From a virus: 64,000 nt of DNA. The notes beneath the pieces were generated by a model. It had not been told where the DNA came from. It did not search any database and saw only the letters and a list, made by a program, of their open reading frames with translations. The stretch is from positions 6,562-70,561 of the IMG/VR virus record IMGVR_UViG_3300025778_000016, one strand, 5' to 3'. This document shows, one piece after another, positions 19,139-34,100 of the stretch. The position numbers were made by a program, and so were the translations under genes. Every line of letters begins with the position of its first letter. The stretch's first letter is position 1.

Positions 19139-22100
19139 TTAATCCGATTGTAAGAAGGTCGCTGGCGTTGTATCAGCAATTTGTAATGGATCTCCCTCTG
19201 TTACATTATAAACACCAGGAATTGGATTCCAAGTTTGATTATAATATATTTCAGGCAATAGATTTCGTTGTAATAATCCTAATACAGGAGTATTTACTGG
19301 AATATAAGTTTGCTGTGCTGTACCGTTTGCCCCTCTTTGTATTCCACATAATGTATTTTGACTGACTGCTGTGCCAGTTCCTGTACCAATTTGTGTACCG
19401 TTTGGATTACTTGAAATACCATCATTTGCTACAAATGTGACCCCAACTGTATTGCTACTTGCGCCTATTCGTGTAAAGTCAGTTGTACCTATGTAATCAA
19501 TGGTATAAGTTTGTCCTTTGACGATATAACCAGCTTGAACTGGGCCATTGATACTTGTAAACTTGATTTGTTCTCCGTTTACGTAAACTGTGTTACCTTC
19601 TAATGCTGTGATTGTAAGATTATCACCTACATTTACGCCATTTGTTATAAAGACATAAGGATATAAGTCAATAAGTTGTACATAATAATCACTAGTTGGC
19701 AAGTAACTTGCTGTATTGTTGTTGTAAACTGTAAGACTGCTTAATGTTCTCTTATCTACATTTAATGGAATTTCGATAATATTATTAGTTTTACTTGGGG
19801 CAACTACATTTTGAACAATTGTTTGTGTTAATTGTGTCACATCTTTAACATAGATTGTGCTATCTAAATCACCAACTGGTAATATTAACCAAGTAGTTGA
19901 ACTATTAGCATTGTACACTGTTGGAACGCCATAACGATTTACATTTAAGTAGTAGCGCATCATATTAGGAGTTGCTGAAGGAACCATGCTTGTAATAGTT
20001 ACACTGTCAGATTGTTGAATTGTACTTAAAATACTTATGTAATTGCCTGGATTAACACGCAATGAACTTGAAGGAACTCTGTACCCATTAATAGTTACAT
20101 ACAATCTATCAACATTTGTTTGTTGCCATTGGGTTACATTTACTGTTTGACCGCTAGTTGAACCCAATGTTAAATTTGTACCATAACGACTTGTGCTTAC
20201 ATAGAAATGAGTGCTATCTACAATGTCGTTGACATAGTATTCTGTGCCTGTAGTAATTGCCCCTAATACTGTTTGTCCCAGACTTCCCTGAGGTGTTGTA
20301 AAATACACAGGTGTTCCAATTTGTAAACCGTTAGTTGATGATACTGTGATTTCCCCTTGTACTGTTGAAGCTGTGGCTGTTGTATCACTTATAATATAAG
20401 TACCATCTATCCAAGCATAACCACCACTTTGATAGGTTGAAACTCCAACTACTGGGCTATTTACACCTGACATAGTGTAACTTGATGTGTAAATGTCAAA
20501 ATTGTTACTATCAATTACATGTACGTAATATGTGTTATTGTTAAGTTGGCTACTACCTATAATGCCATCAAGTCTTACAATGTCGTTAGTTGAAAGATTA
20601 TGTGCTATTCCTGTTGTAATTCTTGTTGTACCAGCCACAGACATAACATTGTTGTTGACAAATACAATATTAGCAACTGTATTATTTGTTATTCCTGATT
20701 GAGTATGCAAATACTGATAATCGGTCAAGTTATATGTAGTTACCGCTATTGTGCCAGACGGAGCGCTGTTAAATGTAATATTGTTATATGCTGGGCTTAT
20801 AGTGTAAGTTGAAGGATCTACTCTTAAACCCTGTACTTCTACAATTGCGTTTACACTGCTGTCAGTATCAATATAATTTGATAAATTAAATACTGTTGTC
20901 GAACCATTACCTGTAAAGATTTGAGTTTCAGGCATAGTATAACCATATTGAACTGGTGTTGTTTGACCAAACAATGTATAACTTATGTAGTCGCTACTAC
21001 CATAATTACCACTGAATATTATATCACTAGTTAAACTATCCTTTGCCAATCCAATAGCGTAATCATAAGTTACAAAACTTGAACTACCAGTAGCATTACT
21101 TAGTGTAAATGTTGAGCCGCCGTTTGTAGCTGAAATTGTAAAACTATTATTAGTTGGGTTAACTGTTTTAACATAATATGTTTGTAAAGGAGTTATGCCA
21201 CCAAAAATATTTTTATCAAATGTAACTGGTGTTCCAGATACTAATTGACTTACGCTTGCGCAAACAATAGAATTTGTGCTCGATATTGTTGTTGAAACAA
21301 AGTTTAATTGTCCAGCAACAAGTTTAGTTCCATTGTGATAAACAATTGGACTTGTCCAATAAACACCTGTTGATCCAGCAATAATACATGTCATATCACC
21401 AATGTCATCAGCCAACGCAAAAGTTGCGCCAGCTATGCCTGTACTATTGTCAATAGTATCAGATATTGTTATACTGCTTGTAATAGTACTAATGCTTTTA
21501 ACATAATATGTTGTACCTTCAACAATATTACCAAATACGGTGCCTTGGAAGCTAATAGGTTTGTTTAATGTAAAATTGCTTATTCCAGTAACTGTTATAG
21601 AATTTGTGCTGCTGCTTGTTGCTAATGCGTCTACTTCAATTGGCTGTGTTCCTGGTCTGATTACCCCGTTGCCACTAGAAATCTCTCCTGCGTAATTAGC
21701 AGGAGTATGAATTGTTTCAAACCCATTTGAATTAATTACTATTGGATTATATTGTGTGCTTGATTTTACTAACTGATAACCGTTACCAACCTCATAAACA
21801 TCTATTCTTAAACTATCAGTTACTGAACCGAAAGTTAAAGGTGAACTTAATGTTACTGTTTGATTAATATAATTTACAGTATAGTTATAAATTTTTGTAC
21901 ATAATCCAGTACTACCACTGATTACATATACTGCTATAGTTGATGGTACTTGAACTTCTGCTGAAGCAAAACTATACACAGTTTGTAATGCTGTAGTTGG
22001 AGTTAATTGAATGCTTGTAACGCCAAATCCTGTATGCGCATATTCTGTTGGATCCCAGTTTGTACCTGGTCTTGTATTGACAATCATACTTAAATTGTCT

Positions 22101-25100
22101 GACACTACACCTGCTACTAATTCTTCAGGTCCATAACCAAAATCAAATGGAGCACCTGTTACATTATATATGGCACTTGGAGTTTCAAATATGCCAGTTT
22201 GTGTCCAAGTTGATAAGTTATTTGATTGAATTACTGTATTATCATAACCAACCACAGTATAAGTGCCACTGTGATAAGTAGATCCTGTTAAGTTTTGTGT
22301 TGTACCAGAAGTTTGACTTGCCCAAGTTATTCCATCTGTACTTGTTTTTATTAACCCTGTATTACCTACTGCTACAAAATGTCCGTTAATATAATTTACA
22401 TTTGTTAAGTCTGTTGTATATGGATAAGCGTACATTAATGCTAATCCAACAGTTGGATTAGTTCCGTTTAATGTAACTGCTGATCCGCCACTTGTTAAAG
22501 AAACTTGTACTTGTGTGCCATTTACTATATTTTTAATATAGTAAGTTGTGCTTGATGATATTACGTCAAATGATTGTGTAAATCTTACAGTTTCCCCTAC
22601 GGTAAATCCTGAAGTATTGCCTACGTTTATTACATTTGTATTTGTGTTGACGCCAACAATATTTGTTTCGTTGATACCATTCCAATTTGTGCCATTGGCG
22701 CTTGTGTAAATTGCGCCGTTTTGGCCAACTGCTACTAATGTATTATTATTTGCTGTTACACTATAGAATCCATGATAAGCAAATGATGGCACTACATTCC
22801 AAGAACTACCATTTGTACTTGTTAATACTATGTCCGTTGGTACAATTTCTGTAAAGCCAGTGCTATAATCAAATCTTTGGCCAATGCCCACAGCAACGAA
22901 TCCTGTGAATCCATTTAATGTCACATATGTTACGCCATATAACATTTCTGTCAAGTTATTATTAAATGTAAATGTTTGATTCCAATTTGTAGCATCAGTG
23001 CTTGTAATAATTGAAGACCCAACTGCTACATATACTCCATTACCATACGCGCTGTCTTGAAGTGTTAAGCCAGCTAAATTTAATGTTGTTGTTGTGCCAC
23101 TTGTATAATAGCCTAAGCTACTCCAAGTTATACCGTCAACGCTTCTAAGTATAGGCGTAGCACTGTTACCTGTTGTCAATAAGTATTTGTTGTTTACAAA
23201 ATTAATTGAGGTAATATCTGAATTGCTTGTTGTTAAACTTGTTACATTCCATATGTCATCAGATGTATTTGTAGCCAATGCTGCCCCTTGACTTGTATTA
23301 GCCGGAGATACATATGTTACACCATTGTAAATAATGCCAGCTAAATTAATTTGCGATGGATAGAATGGTTTATCTTGTAATTCTACATCAACTGGCAATT
23401 CTAAACTTGGCTGGAAGTAATTACCAAAATATGTGCTGTATGGATATATGGTGCCAGTCAACAACTGACTCATATCAATAACAGGTATACCTAATTGTAT
23501 TGCTCTGTCTTGATAATAACCATAACCTGGCATATTGACAGTTGGTTGATAATATCCTATAATTCTATCTAAAGCGTTTAACTCTCTTGAACCACTGTCA
23601 AGAAGTTGCCATTTACCATAGATAAACTCTTTGTCATTGTTACTGACAATACAAATATATACTTGCCCATTGAAGCGTACAACGCTTTGTTGGAAATAGA
23701 ATGGTTCAGGTAAGAAAGCATAACTGCCTGCTTTGGCCATTGTCATACTTCCTGATGAAGTACCTAGGCTGATTGCTGAACCGCCTACAGTATTTGAAAT
23801 TGTAATACTTGTACTTGGTGTTATACTTGCTATATAATAAGTTTGACCTAAAACGATGTTTGAATTAAAAATTGTTCCAGTAAAGACTACTGGATCATAA
23901 ACATTAAATCCACTAGTGCTTGCTACTGTAATTGTTGAACTACTAGTTGCTGTAGCTGTTGTAGTCGTGAAACCAACATATGGGAATACATCAGGTAATC
24001 CGCTGACTGGTGCTGTCAACAATGGATTACTATACACTTCAAATGTATTTGTTCCTGTTACTCTCATGTAATATTGATTTGATGTATCACTTGGAGGAGT
24101 TCCTGATACTTGAACACTTAAGATTGCTCCATAACTATCAATATTGTTTACACGCAATGTTATATCGTTAGCAGGTGAAAGCCCATCCGGTGTAATAGTT
24201 GTTCCGCTAATAGTAATAATATTGTCTATAGCAAAACCCTGTCCAGCACTTTCAATAATAGCATTATACCCACCTATTACATAACTAACTGAGAATGATG
24301 GTGTGCTTACTGGTGTTTGTTCATATGTTACAGGACCAAATTCTGTATGGCTAATTGTTACAGGAGTTGGGGTAGTACTTAATGGATTACCTGTTTCTAA
24401 TGTAATATATGGTGTACCTGTTCCAATCATTAAACCATTATCATTTTGTAATACAGATTCAGAATAGTCGATAAATCCAATCATTGGATATGTTGGTGAA
24501 CTACTTGTTAGAGTTAATGCGCTTCCGCCTGGTGTAGCACTTATTGTAAAGTGTGTTAAGTCTACAATAGTTTTTACATAATATTCTGTATTCTTTGTGA
24601 CTCCACCTGTGACATCTGCTACAAATGTGATTGGTGTTTCAGGGGCTAAATTTAAAGTACTATCGCAAGTAAACTGACTTGTATTTGATCCTGTAATTTT
24701 TACAGTTTTAATTGGTGTGTAGCTAATTGTAAAGTGTTGACTATCAGTAATTGTGAATACAAAATACTGTTGACCAATTACAACTGTTCCTAAACTTACA
24801 CCTGTGAATATAATTGGCATGCCAGGATATAATACATCTGTGTTACTACAGGTTAATAAGTTTCCAGTTGATGATGTGTTTGTTACTGTTACTGAAATGT
24901 TACCAATAGTACTTACATAATATAATCCAGCACTTAAACCATTAAATCCTGACCCAACAGTAAATGGCATATTAACATACATATGATTTGTGCTATTAAC
25001 TGAAACATAGTTAGTTGTTGTCAAAATAGCATTGATGTTGCCACTTAATTGATTGCTTATTACACCACTAGTAATGCCAGCATATTGTTTGCTTGTTTGA

Positions 25101-28100
25101 TATAATGTAAACAACTGATTTTGAACTTGACCAGGGCTGACAGGTAATGACAAGTTAATAGTCATACTGCCTGTAGCAGAACTTAATAACAATGTGTCAG
25201 ATTGACTTGTTAATGTTGCGCTAGTTTCGTCATTTGCGCTTACATTACCTGGATCAAACACATTACCATTATATTGAGTAGAAATTGTAATTTGTGTGCT
25301 ATTAATAATTTGACTTACATAATAGATTGTTGATGAACTGATATTACCAAAGGTAGAACTTGCTGTTCCGTTTATAATAGCATCGTTGATCACAAATGGT
25401 TCGTTTACGCTTAACCCAACTGTTGTTTCTAATGTTACGTATTTCGTACTTGAACTGGCTGAAACTACACCAAATGTGGTTAAATCTGTTGTTTGAGACA
25501 ATGTAAAGTTTTGTTTATCTAAAATAGTATGTACATAGTAAGTTACATTTTCAATAACTCCACCAAATACATCACCTACAAAGAATACAGGTAATCCAAT
25601 ATAGAATCCAGTTGTGCCACCTGTACCTGTTGAGTTCAATGGAATAGTGAAATAACCTCTGTTTACATAACCATTGGCTGTTGTACTTGTAACTTGTCTA
25701 ATACCAGGATAATTTACAGTTAATGTTGCTGTGTTTACAACTTGAGCAACAAACATTGAACATCCTGCTACTGAAATTATCTGATTGTTTAAGCTTAATG
25801 TAGGTCCACCAACTGTTGCTGAAATTGTAAAATCAGTTAAGCTTAAAATTTCTTTTACATAATAAACTATACCAACACTTAACCCACTGTTGCCTACACT
25901 TCCAGCAAATTGAACTGGCATGTCAACTGTCATACCAATTGTACTGCCTGAGGCATTTTCTAAATTACCGCTATCAAGTTTTAAGCTGACGCTATTAGTT
26001 GCGCTAACAGTAGCATAAACATATCTTACTGAGCTTGACCATTCAACTTGTTGATTGTTGCCAACACTTACTATTTCAAAACCGGCGCCATGTGCGCTAG
26101 CTAAGATGCTGCTAATTGGAGGTTGAGAATTTTGTAAAGATAGATCACTACTACTGACTTGCTCAACATTTAATAAATCGCCAGCAAAGAAGCTACCATA
26201 GAATGCGTCTGCTTTCCAGTCTGTAACTTTTGTATTATATGTTGTTCTGTCATATTTTAATGTTACAATATTTTCTCTTACTGGAACTGCGGTTGAAACA
26301 GCACTAGCACGAGCGGTTAAGTTTAATGTATGGTTATTGCCTGTTCCTGTGCTTAAAATATTAATACGGTTTGTGTCGTTTACGCAATCAGCATAATTTT
26401 CATACAAAGCAACAATAATAGCTGGAACGGTTTCAAGTACATTTAAATAGTACCATTGATTGTTTTGTAATCCACCTACATTCACTCCATTAGGATCACT
26501 TAAGTATTTTATTAAGTCTCCTGTTTGGAACTGTGGAGCGTAAATTTGAATTGTGTTATTTAAAATATTGACATTGTTGCTACTGAATGGAACTGTAACT
26601 GCTGTGTCAAATATAATTTCTGGAAGAACGGCATAGCCTCTGCCTGGATTAATAACATTTACACCTACTACAGTATCTAAACTCATGACTGCTTCTAACA
26701 CTGCTGCTTCTTTTGGAGCAGGGTATATGCTTGTGTCAATATAAGCTAGTACTCTTGGTGGGTTTTGATAGCCTCGTGAACCATTCAATAACAGCACAGC
26801 AGGCAAATCTATTATAATATCTGATCCTGGTAAGTGAGTTTGAACAGTTGTTTGGTTGTAACCTCTAATTAATTGACTTAAAACATTTGTAGCACGATCT
26901 ACATGTCCATAGGCAATTTGTTCAGTACCAATAGTAATCACACCATTGATTGGGAAACCACTAGCATTGTACACAACAATGAAGCTGCTGCCTAAACTTA
27001 TATATGCTTTTAATGTTGTGATAGTTACATCAGTTTGACCTGTTAAACTTACACCATAATTTTCAAACCAGTCATTGTATTGTTGTTCTTGCCAAATTTC
27101 TGCTGTTGGCAAGTAAGTTGTAGTATTGTCTGGATTTTCATAGACAAGTTCTGGACTTACAAACTGTTCAATTGTAGAATTATAACCAGCAGGTAAATCA
27201 AAATCAGTTAATGTACCAGCATACAATTCATTACCTGTATAAACATATGTAAAGTTCTTAATAAAGACGTGGAATGGTAATGCTTCAGTCAAGTATTTTG
27301 ATAAGAAATCTTGATTATCACTTTGATAATTTTCTAATGGAAGCAAGTTTCTAATATTGTGAGATACATCAACTAAGCTTGTTTTGTTTAACCATGTAAG
27401 ATAATTTTGTGATGATGTTGCTTCACTTTGAATATATTCAAACATCAAAATCAAACTTTGATTTCTATAAATTAATAATTCACTTGTGTAAATTTGTTCA
27501 TTTAATGCTCTAATAATCCAATATGTTTCTTCTGAAGGATAATTGTCATAACTACTTGTGCCATAGAAATTACCTGCCCAGCCATATCCCGCGCTAGCAT
27601 AATCATATAGACTACTGCTAAACTGTATAGTTCCGTTTTGTAATCCTATTCTAATCCAGCTATCAGTAGCACTTGAATAGATATACCATTCATTTAAACC
27701 TTTACCGTTTTTCTGAACTTTTGCTATTGTTTTGTCTGCTACTGTTAGTGTTGACAAATCAGCATAAATGCTAACAACAACATTTGCTCTTACACTATCA
27801 TCATAGCCTGGTGCCCACCAGTTTACATAAGTCCAATAATCTTGTGTGTTATAAAATTCGCCGCTGGCAAACAAGAATGTAGCATTTTCTCTTGTTTCAG
27901 CTATAGGATATTGTGCCAATGTACTATTAGCAAATAAAATATAGTTTTGTAAGGCAATAAATCTGTCTAAGAAGAAACTTTGTCTTGGTCTTGCGCTAAT
28001 ACCAGTTTGTACTGCTAGCGGCAAGAATGGATCTGGTACTACTTGTCCTAAACCGTCAACGCCTGACAAGCTGTATAAGAATCTACGATATAATAATGTT

Positions 28101-31100
28101 GGTTCAGGAGTTTCTAGTGTTGGCAATCCTGGCAAGAAATCTTCATAATAATTTTGTTTAATTAAAGCATATTCACTATGATATTCGTCATCTGTTTTTC
28201 CAGTTGAATATCCAATGTTAAGAACACTTGTATTGCCGTTTAATAATTGTTGACTGTTATAAACACTAAACACACTTGGCAAGACTGGTGCTAGATAACT
28301 TATACCAGAATAGAATGGATAAGCAATATAAGTTGCTATAGTATTATCACTTAATGTTTTGCCTATATTTTCAAAAATTATGCTACTATTTCTTACCCAG
28401 AAATAATAAACAACTGTTGCTTCTTGTGAACTGTTTAATATAGTTTCAATAGAGAATAAGTTTGTGTTGTATGGTATACCTGGACCTTGATAGCTACTAG
28501 GTGGAACTGCGCTTTCTATCCATGAATAGACAGCGACATCACTGCCTGGGAATACTGTTCCCCAGTATGCGCTGTTATATGTAACATCATTTTGATGATA
28601 GTTTACAAAACGTACGTTTGATGTATTAAACCAAATATTACCAACTTTTTCTTTGCCCCATACTACTGATTGTTGTGTTACATTACCGTTGTTATAGCTA
28701 GCAGGGTCGATTTGACTAACAACATCAATGTTTTCTGCTACTATACCAAATAATTTTCCTTGTAGTGGATCAAAATAATCTAAATGTAAAAGTGTTTGGT
28801 TATTTTGAGAATTAAAAATTTGAGTATAACCAATACGATTAATATCAACGATTGGAGATGTTTGACGCAATACTGACCAGTCTTGAGTTCCTACAGTGTT
28901 TACATAAGTTACAACTTGTCCGTAACCTAATGTAAAGCTATCATTGAAGTTATTGGGAATGCCAGCAAATTTACTTGAGCCTATTACAACTCTATTACCT
29001 ACAAAGTCTAGTGCTGTGCCATACATTGGCTGATTGCCATACACTAAATCATTTGCGTTTACACTTTGAGCATAAACAAAATTTCCAACATTGTTTATTG
29101 TTTCATTGAAATCTTCTAAGTAATCAAACATATAAACAGCACCAGCATTTGGGAATGTGTCAATAAACTGTGTGGTGTTGTTATCAAAGATTGTATCATT
29201 GTCTGGATATTGTATGTTATCAAATGTTGTATCTTCATATCTTGTGCCAACTGGCGCACTAGCTACAAAGCTGCCATATTCATTGAATTTAACAGTTGTA
29301 CCAAACTGTGTTGCCCCATCTTCGTGTGGACAAAGTATTGTTTGAGTTAATGTATATGGAGTAATACCTAATTCTGTTAAAGCTGCGCTATCAAGTGTTG
29401 AAATTAACAATTTTTCATTTGCTTGTGCTAAGTCATTATTAATTATACTAATTGTTAAAATGTTATTACTTGCTGATGCTGTAACATTTATAATATTAGC
29501 TTGAATGATTGCCTGTGCTGCTGATGCTGCGTCACCAACTGGAAGAACAGCTTCAAATCCATTGATTAAAATAGTTCTTTGTTGTGTTAGATTAACAGCA
29601 CTTGTGCCTGTGATGGTACCAAATCTACCGCCACTATTTGTGAATCTATATACAGCGCCTTCAACTAATTGAGTTGTTAATTCAAACGGTGCGCCAACAA
29701 TGATTTCTGTGCCATATGCTGTTGTATCAACACTGTTACCAAACTGTACACCTACTTCAGGTGTTGATTCTGTAGTTAAAGATTGAACTTTTGTGAATAC
29801 ATTGTCACTGACATTAACAATGTCACCAGCTGTTAATTGTCCTGTGTAAATTAATGTTGATCCAGCAACAGCGTAATTGCTGTCATCTACAAGATTACCA
29901 TTTACACTTACATATAAAGGATCTGTTTGTACATTGACATTGAAATATAAACCAGTCGCATTAGTTAATGAAACTGGGGTTGTTGATGATCTTGAAGTTT
30001 TAATGGTGATGTTACTGCCACTGATACTGTTTATGTAATAAACAACATATGGAACTACACCACTGTTGCCAAAATTCACTGATGCTAATGCTGTGCCAGT
30101 TCCTGACCCTACGCCTGTTGCTGTAAATACTACACCAACGTTATTACTACCTGCGCCAATAGCTGTGAAGTCTGTAGTACCTACGCTGTCAATAGTGTAA
30201 GTTACACCTACAACAAAACTACCTGCTACTGTTGGAGTTGTAAATGCTGTAAACATCACGGGTTGATTTACACTAAATCCTGTCATGTCGGCATTACATT
30301 GTATAATAGTACCGCTGCTTACAGCATTTGCTGTTCTATCTACGTGTGTTGGTGTCCATGCTAAATTAAATTTGCTAATTATGTCAATATTTGTAAATTG
30401 TGCTACGAAGTTTTGAACGCTACGTTGATAGACATATGAACTACCCCAATTTGAAATTGTTGAAGGAACATATTCAACTCCTGGTGCGCCAATCACAACT
30501 GTGTCGCCATAATAGTCAGTTGCTATGCTGTTACCAAATTTATCTCCACTTGAACTAAAGAGGCTACCATCGATAACTGTAGAATATTTGTATGATATTT
30601 GTGTAGCTGTGCCTGTGCCTGACCCTGCGCCTGTTGCTACAAATATTGTACCTACTGTGTTTGTAATCGGTGTAGCGCAAATAGTCTTAAAGTTAGTTGT
30701 GCCAACACTAGTAATGATATATGTTTCACCTGCTACAAAATATCCTGCTTGTAAAGGTATATTTTGTTTTCTATAAACATAAACTTTATTGTCAGCACTA
30801 TCACCAACATATAACCAGTTAGTGTCATTAGACAATGCCAAACTATTTCCAAAGACTGTAGCCCCACCGGGTGCGGCTATCTCTTGTGTTTCTGTTAAAT
30901 AATCGCTTAATATTGAATTGTTAAGTGTGTAAATGTAAATTTTAGGTGTGCCAGTTGGTTGACTGATAACATAAGTTAAACCTTCATTGACCATGCTAGT
31001 GCCATATGATACATCACTACCTGTTAATGTTTGGAAAATATCATAATTTGTTGTAATAACATTATAGTCATAACGATATACTTCGCCTAACTTGTTATCA

Positions 31101-34100
31101 CTAATTAGATATCCACCTAATAATTCATTATAAAGCACTGCCGCGCCAAAAGCTAAAGTTTCAGCGTGATTTATTTCTTGTTCATAATTGTAGTTTAATG
31201 TTTTTTGATATACTGCCCAACCACCATCTGTGTTTGTATCTACCCAAACAGTGTTTGGTTCAAATTCAAATGCTAATAAAGGCAAGTTAGCTATATCACC
31301 TGGAGTACTTACTCTTTGCGATGATAGCATCATGCCTACACCTATACCATTGATTGCTCTTGTTGTAGTGCTTAGTGATAATGAAATTGTTACTTGTGTT
31401 AAACTTACAACATTCAATACTGAATAATAACCATTTACATTAGTGTTAAAGTTTACAATAGCAAACAAATCATATTGTTGTAAATTATGTGGTGTGGCAA
31501 ATGTTACAACACATGTGCTGTTTAAATTGTTTTGTACATTAATAACTTGGTTAATTGCTATAGGCGTGTAGACATTCCATTTGTTTAGATAGTTTGCTAT
31601 CCATACATAATCACCTACATAAAAATTGCTTAATGGTACAAGTGTGCCTTGTTGATTAACTGCTGAACCTAATTGACTGTAAAAATATGAAACCATTTTT
31701 ACATCGTTATAGTTTACATAACCTGCGTCAGGTAATAAAACACTAGGAGCATATGGTATTGTTGGCAGTACGTTAACATCGTTTACTGGCTCACTAAAGT
31801 TGTAAAGTGAGTATAACGGAACTTCTTGTTCTACCCCTGGTATTGAAACTCCATCAGTTAACCCAACAATAAATGGATTTCCTGCTAACTGTGCTGCGTC
31901 TAACTTAAATTGAATAAAGTTGTTATTTAATACACCGCCATATTTTGATGTTTGAATAGCCCAGTTTTCGTATACGTTGTAATTAATTGAACCTTGTGGT
32001 AAGTTTGCCCCAACAAATGCGCTTACAGCATTTGTACTACCTTTTGTTTTAATTAAATTTTGATAGACATTAACTTGTGTTTCGTCAGTTAAATCAACTA
32101 ACGCAGCATAGTCTCTTGGTCTGTACCCAATCAAACTGTAACCTAATAGGTTAGCATCTGGATTTAAAGCAGTTGAATTAATATCATAGTATCGTGTGCT
32201 ATCTAAGCTGTTAGTACTGCTGTTTGGCAATAAACCATTTTGAATCTGTCCATAATTACTAATCATCCAATATTTTTGTTGGAAGGTTGCGCTTGGTTGA
32301 ACAATTTGTTGTGCGACCCAATATTGATTTTTGTAAAGAACGATTTCGCCTTTGGTATATCTTAATGAAGGATCCCACTGTTGTATGTTTGTCTGATTTA
32401 TGATAAAGCCTGAAGCATTATATGTGCCGTCCCAGTTAGCTGTTTTAGCACCTCTTACATAAATTCTGTTTTGTCTTATGCCAGTAATTAAATCATAAAT
32501 TGTATCATTAAACAATGTGTAATTATCAAACACTACAGCGTTTTCAAAATTGCTTAAATTAAATTGACCATAGCTAATTGTATCGCCTTTGTTTAATGCT
32601 GCTACTGTAAATTCTGTTCCATTACGAACAATGTTTAAATCTGAATTTTTAATTGGATATAAGTTTTGATTTAATACAAAGTTAATACCTTGTAAACTCA
32701 ATGGCTGTACAATTTGATTTTCTTTGTCAATAGTTAATTCATAAGCAGCAGGGTTAAGTGCTATAGTAGCACCTGCTGACCAACCAACTTGTGTCCAATA
32801 TAAATATTCCGCTATCATTTGTTGCCAGTCAACAACGACACTATCAACTTGATATTGATAGGCAGCGCCTTGACTGACTAAGTATGCGCCATAACTCGCT
32901 AAGAATTGTGCTACTTGATTAGTATTAATAAAAGTTGTTCCATATGGTACAACTTCGACTGTATCGCTATAATTTTTTGCTACTTTAACTGTTACGTTGT
33001 CTATAGTAATAAAGTTATATTGTCCATCATTCTTTGGTTTTAATACATTGAAATAAGCTGTTGTTTGACTGTTTCCATTAACACTATAGAAATATTGTGG
33101 TGTTAGTTGAACAAGCACACTACTGTATATAAGTTTTTCATATGGAGGATTGCTATATAGCAATACTTGATAGCTAGCATCAGGTATCAACAATGAACTG
33201 TTGTTGCTATTTGGATTTGTACTTTGTACATAGAAGTTTAATAAGTTTTGATCGCTATAACCAGCTAAACGATATACTAAACGTACATCAATGTTGTTTA
33301 GTAATTCAGTTAGTGTTGTTGTACCATCAATACCAAATTGTTTTTGATAGTCTACTATCCAGTTGATATAACTTGTAACTGGTGTGCCATTGCCATATAC
33401 AGGAATGTCAGTAATAATAAGATGACTTCTGTTGTTAACAAGATATTGATTAAATTCACTGTTGTATTTGTAGTCATCTACCCAAACACCTAAATTGAAA
33501 AATTCTGCTGGTTTAGTTAACGCCTGTATTCTCATTAAATCAAACGGCCAAGTGCTGCTGCGTCTGTAACTTAATTCTACAGGGCCAACATCTCCAACTT
33601 GCCAATTGTTTTCAAAACTACCCGAGTAGTAATTTCCTACAACGCTTACAAATGGGCTGACAAGATTACCTTGAGTGTCAACTGGCAATATAGTTGTAAG
33701 ACCTGGTCTTACAGCTTCAGGTATTATTCTGCTGTCGCCATTGTTATAATCAAATCCTATTTCAAGGTCTCCCCACAATACTAAGTTGTTACTTGTATAT
33801 GGAGCACTACCATAACGACTTGTCCACCAAGTTGGTTCGTTGCTATAACCTAACATTTCCCATGGAGTTGTGTTAGGAGTAAATGTGTCATAGAAATATT
33901 GATAGATACCTCTCCAGTAACCTATGCCTATTTGTGAATTATCTAACTTATTATTAGTTGTTCTATAGTTCCAACTTAATTCATCTGTTGAACTATAATA
34001 TTGAGTTTGATATGTTAATCTATTTTGACCAACCCAATTTAAGAATCCTTGTTGATAGATTTCGATAAATTCTTGGTAGCTATATTGATTATTTCTAAAG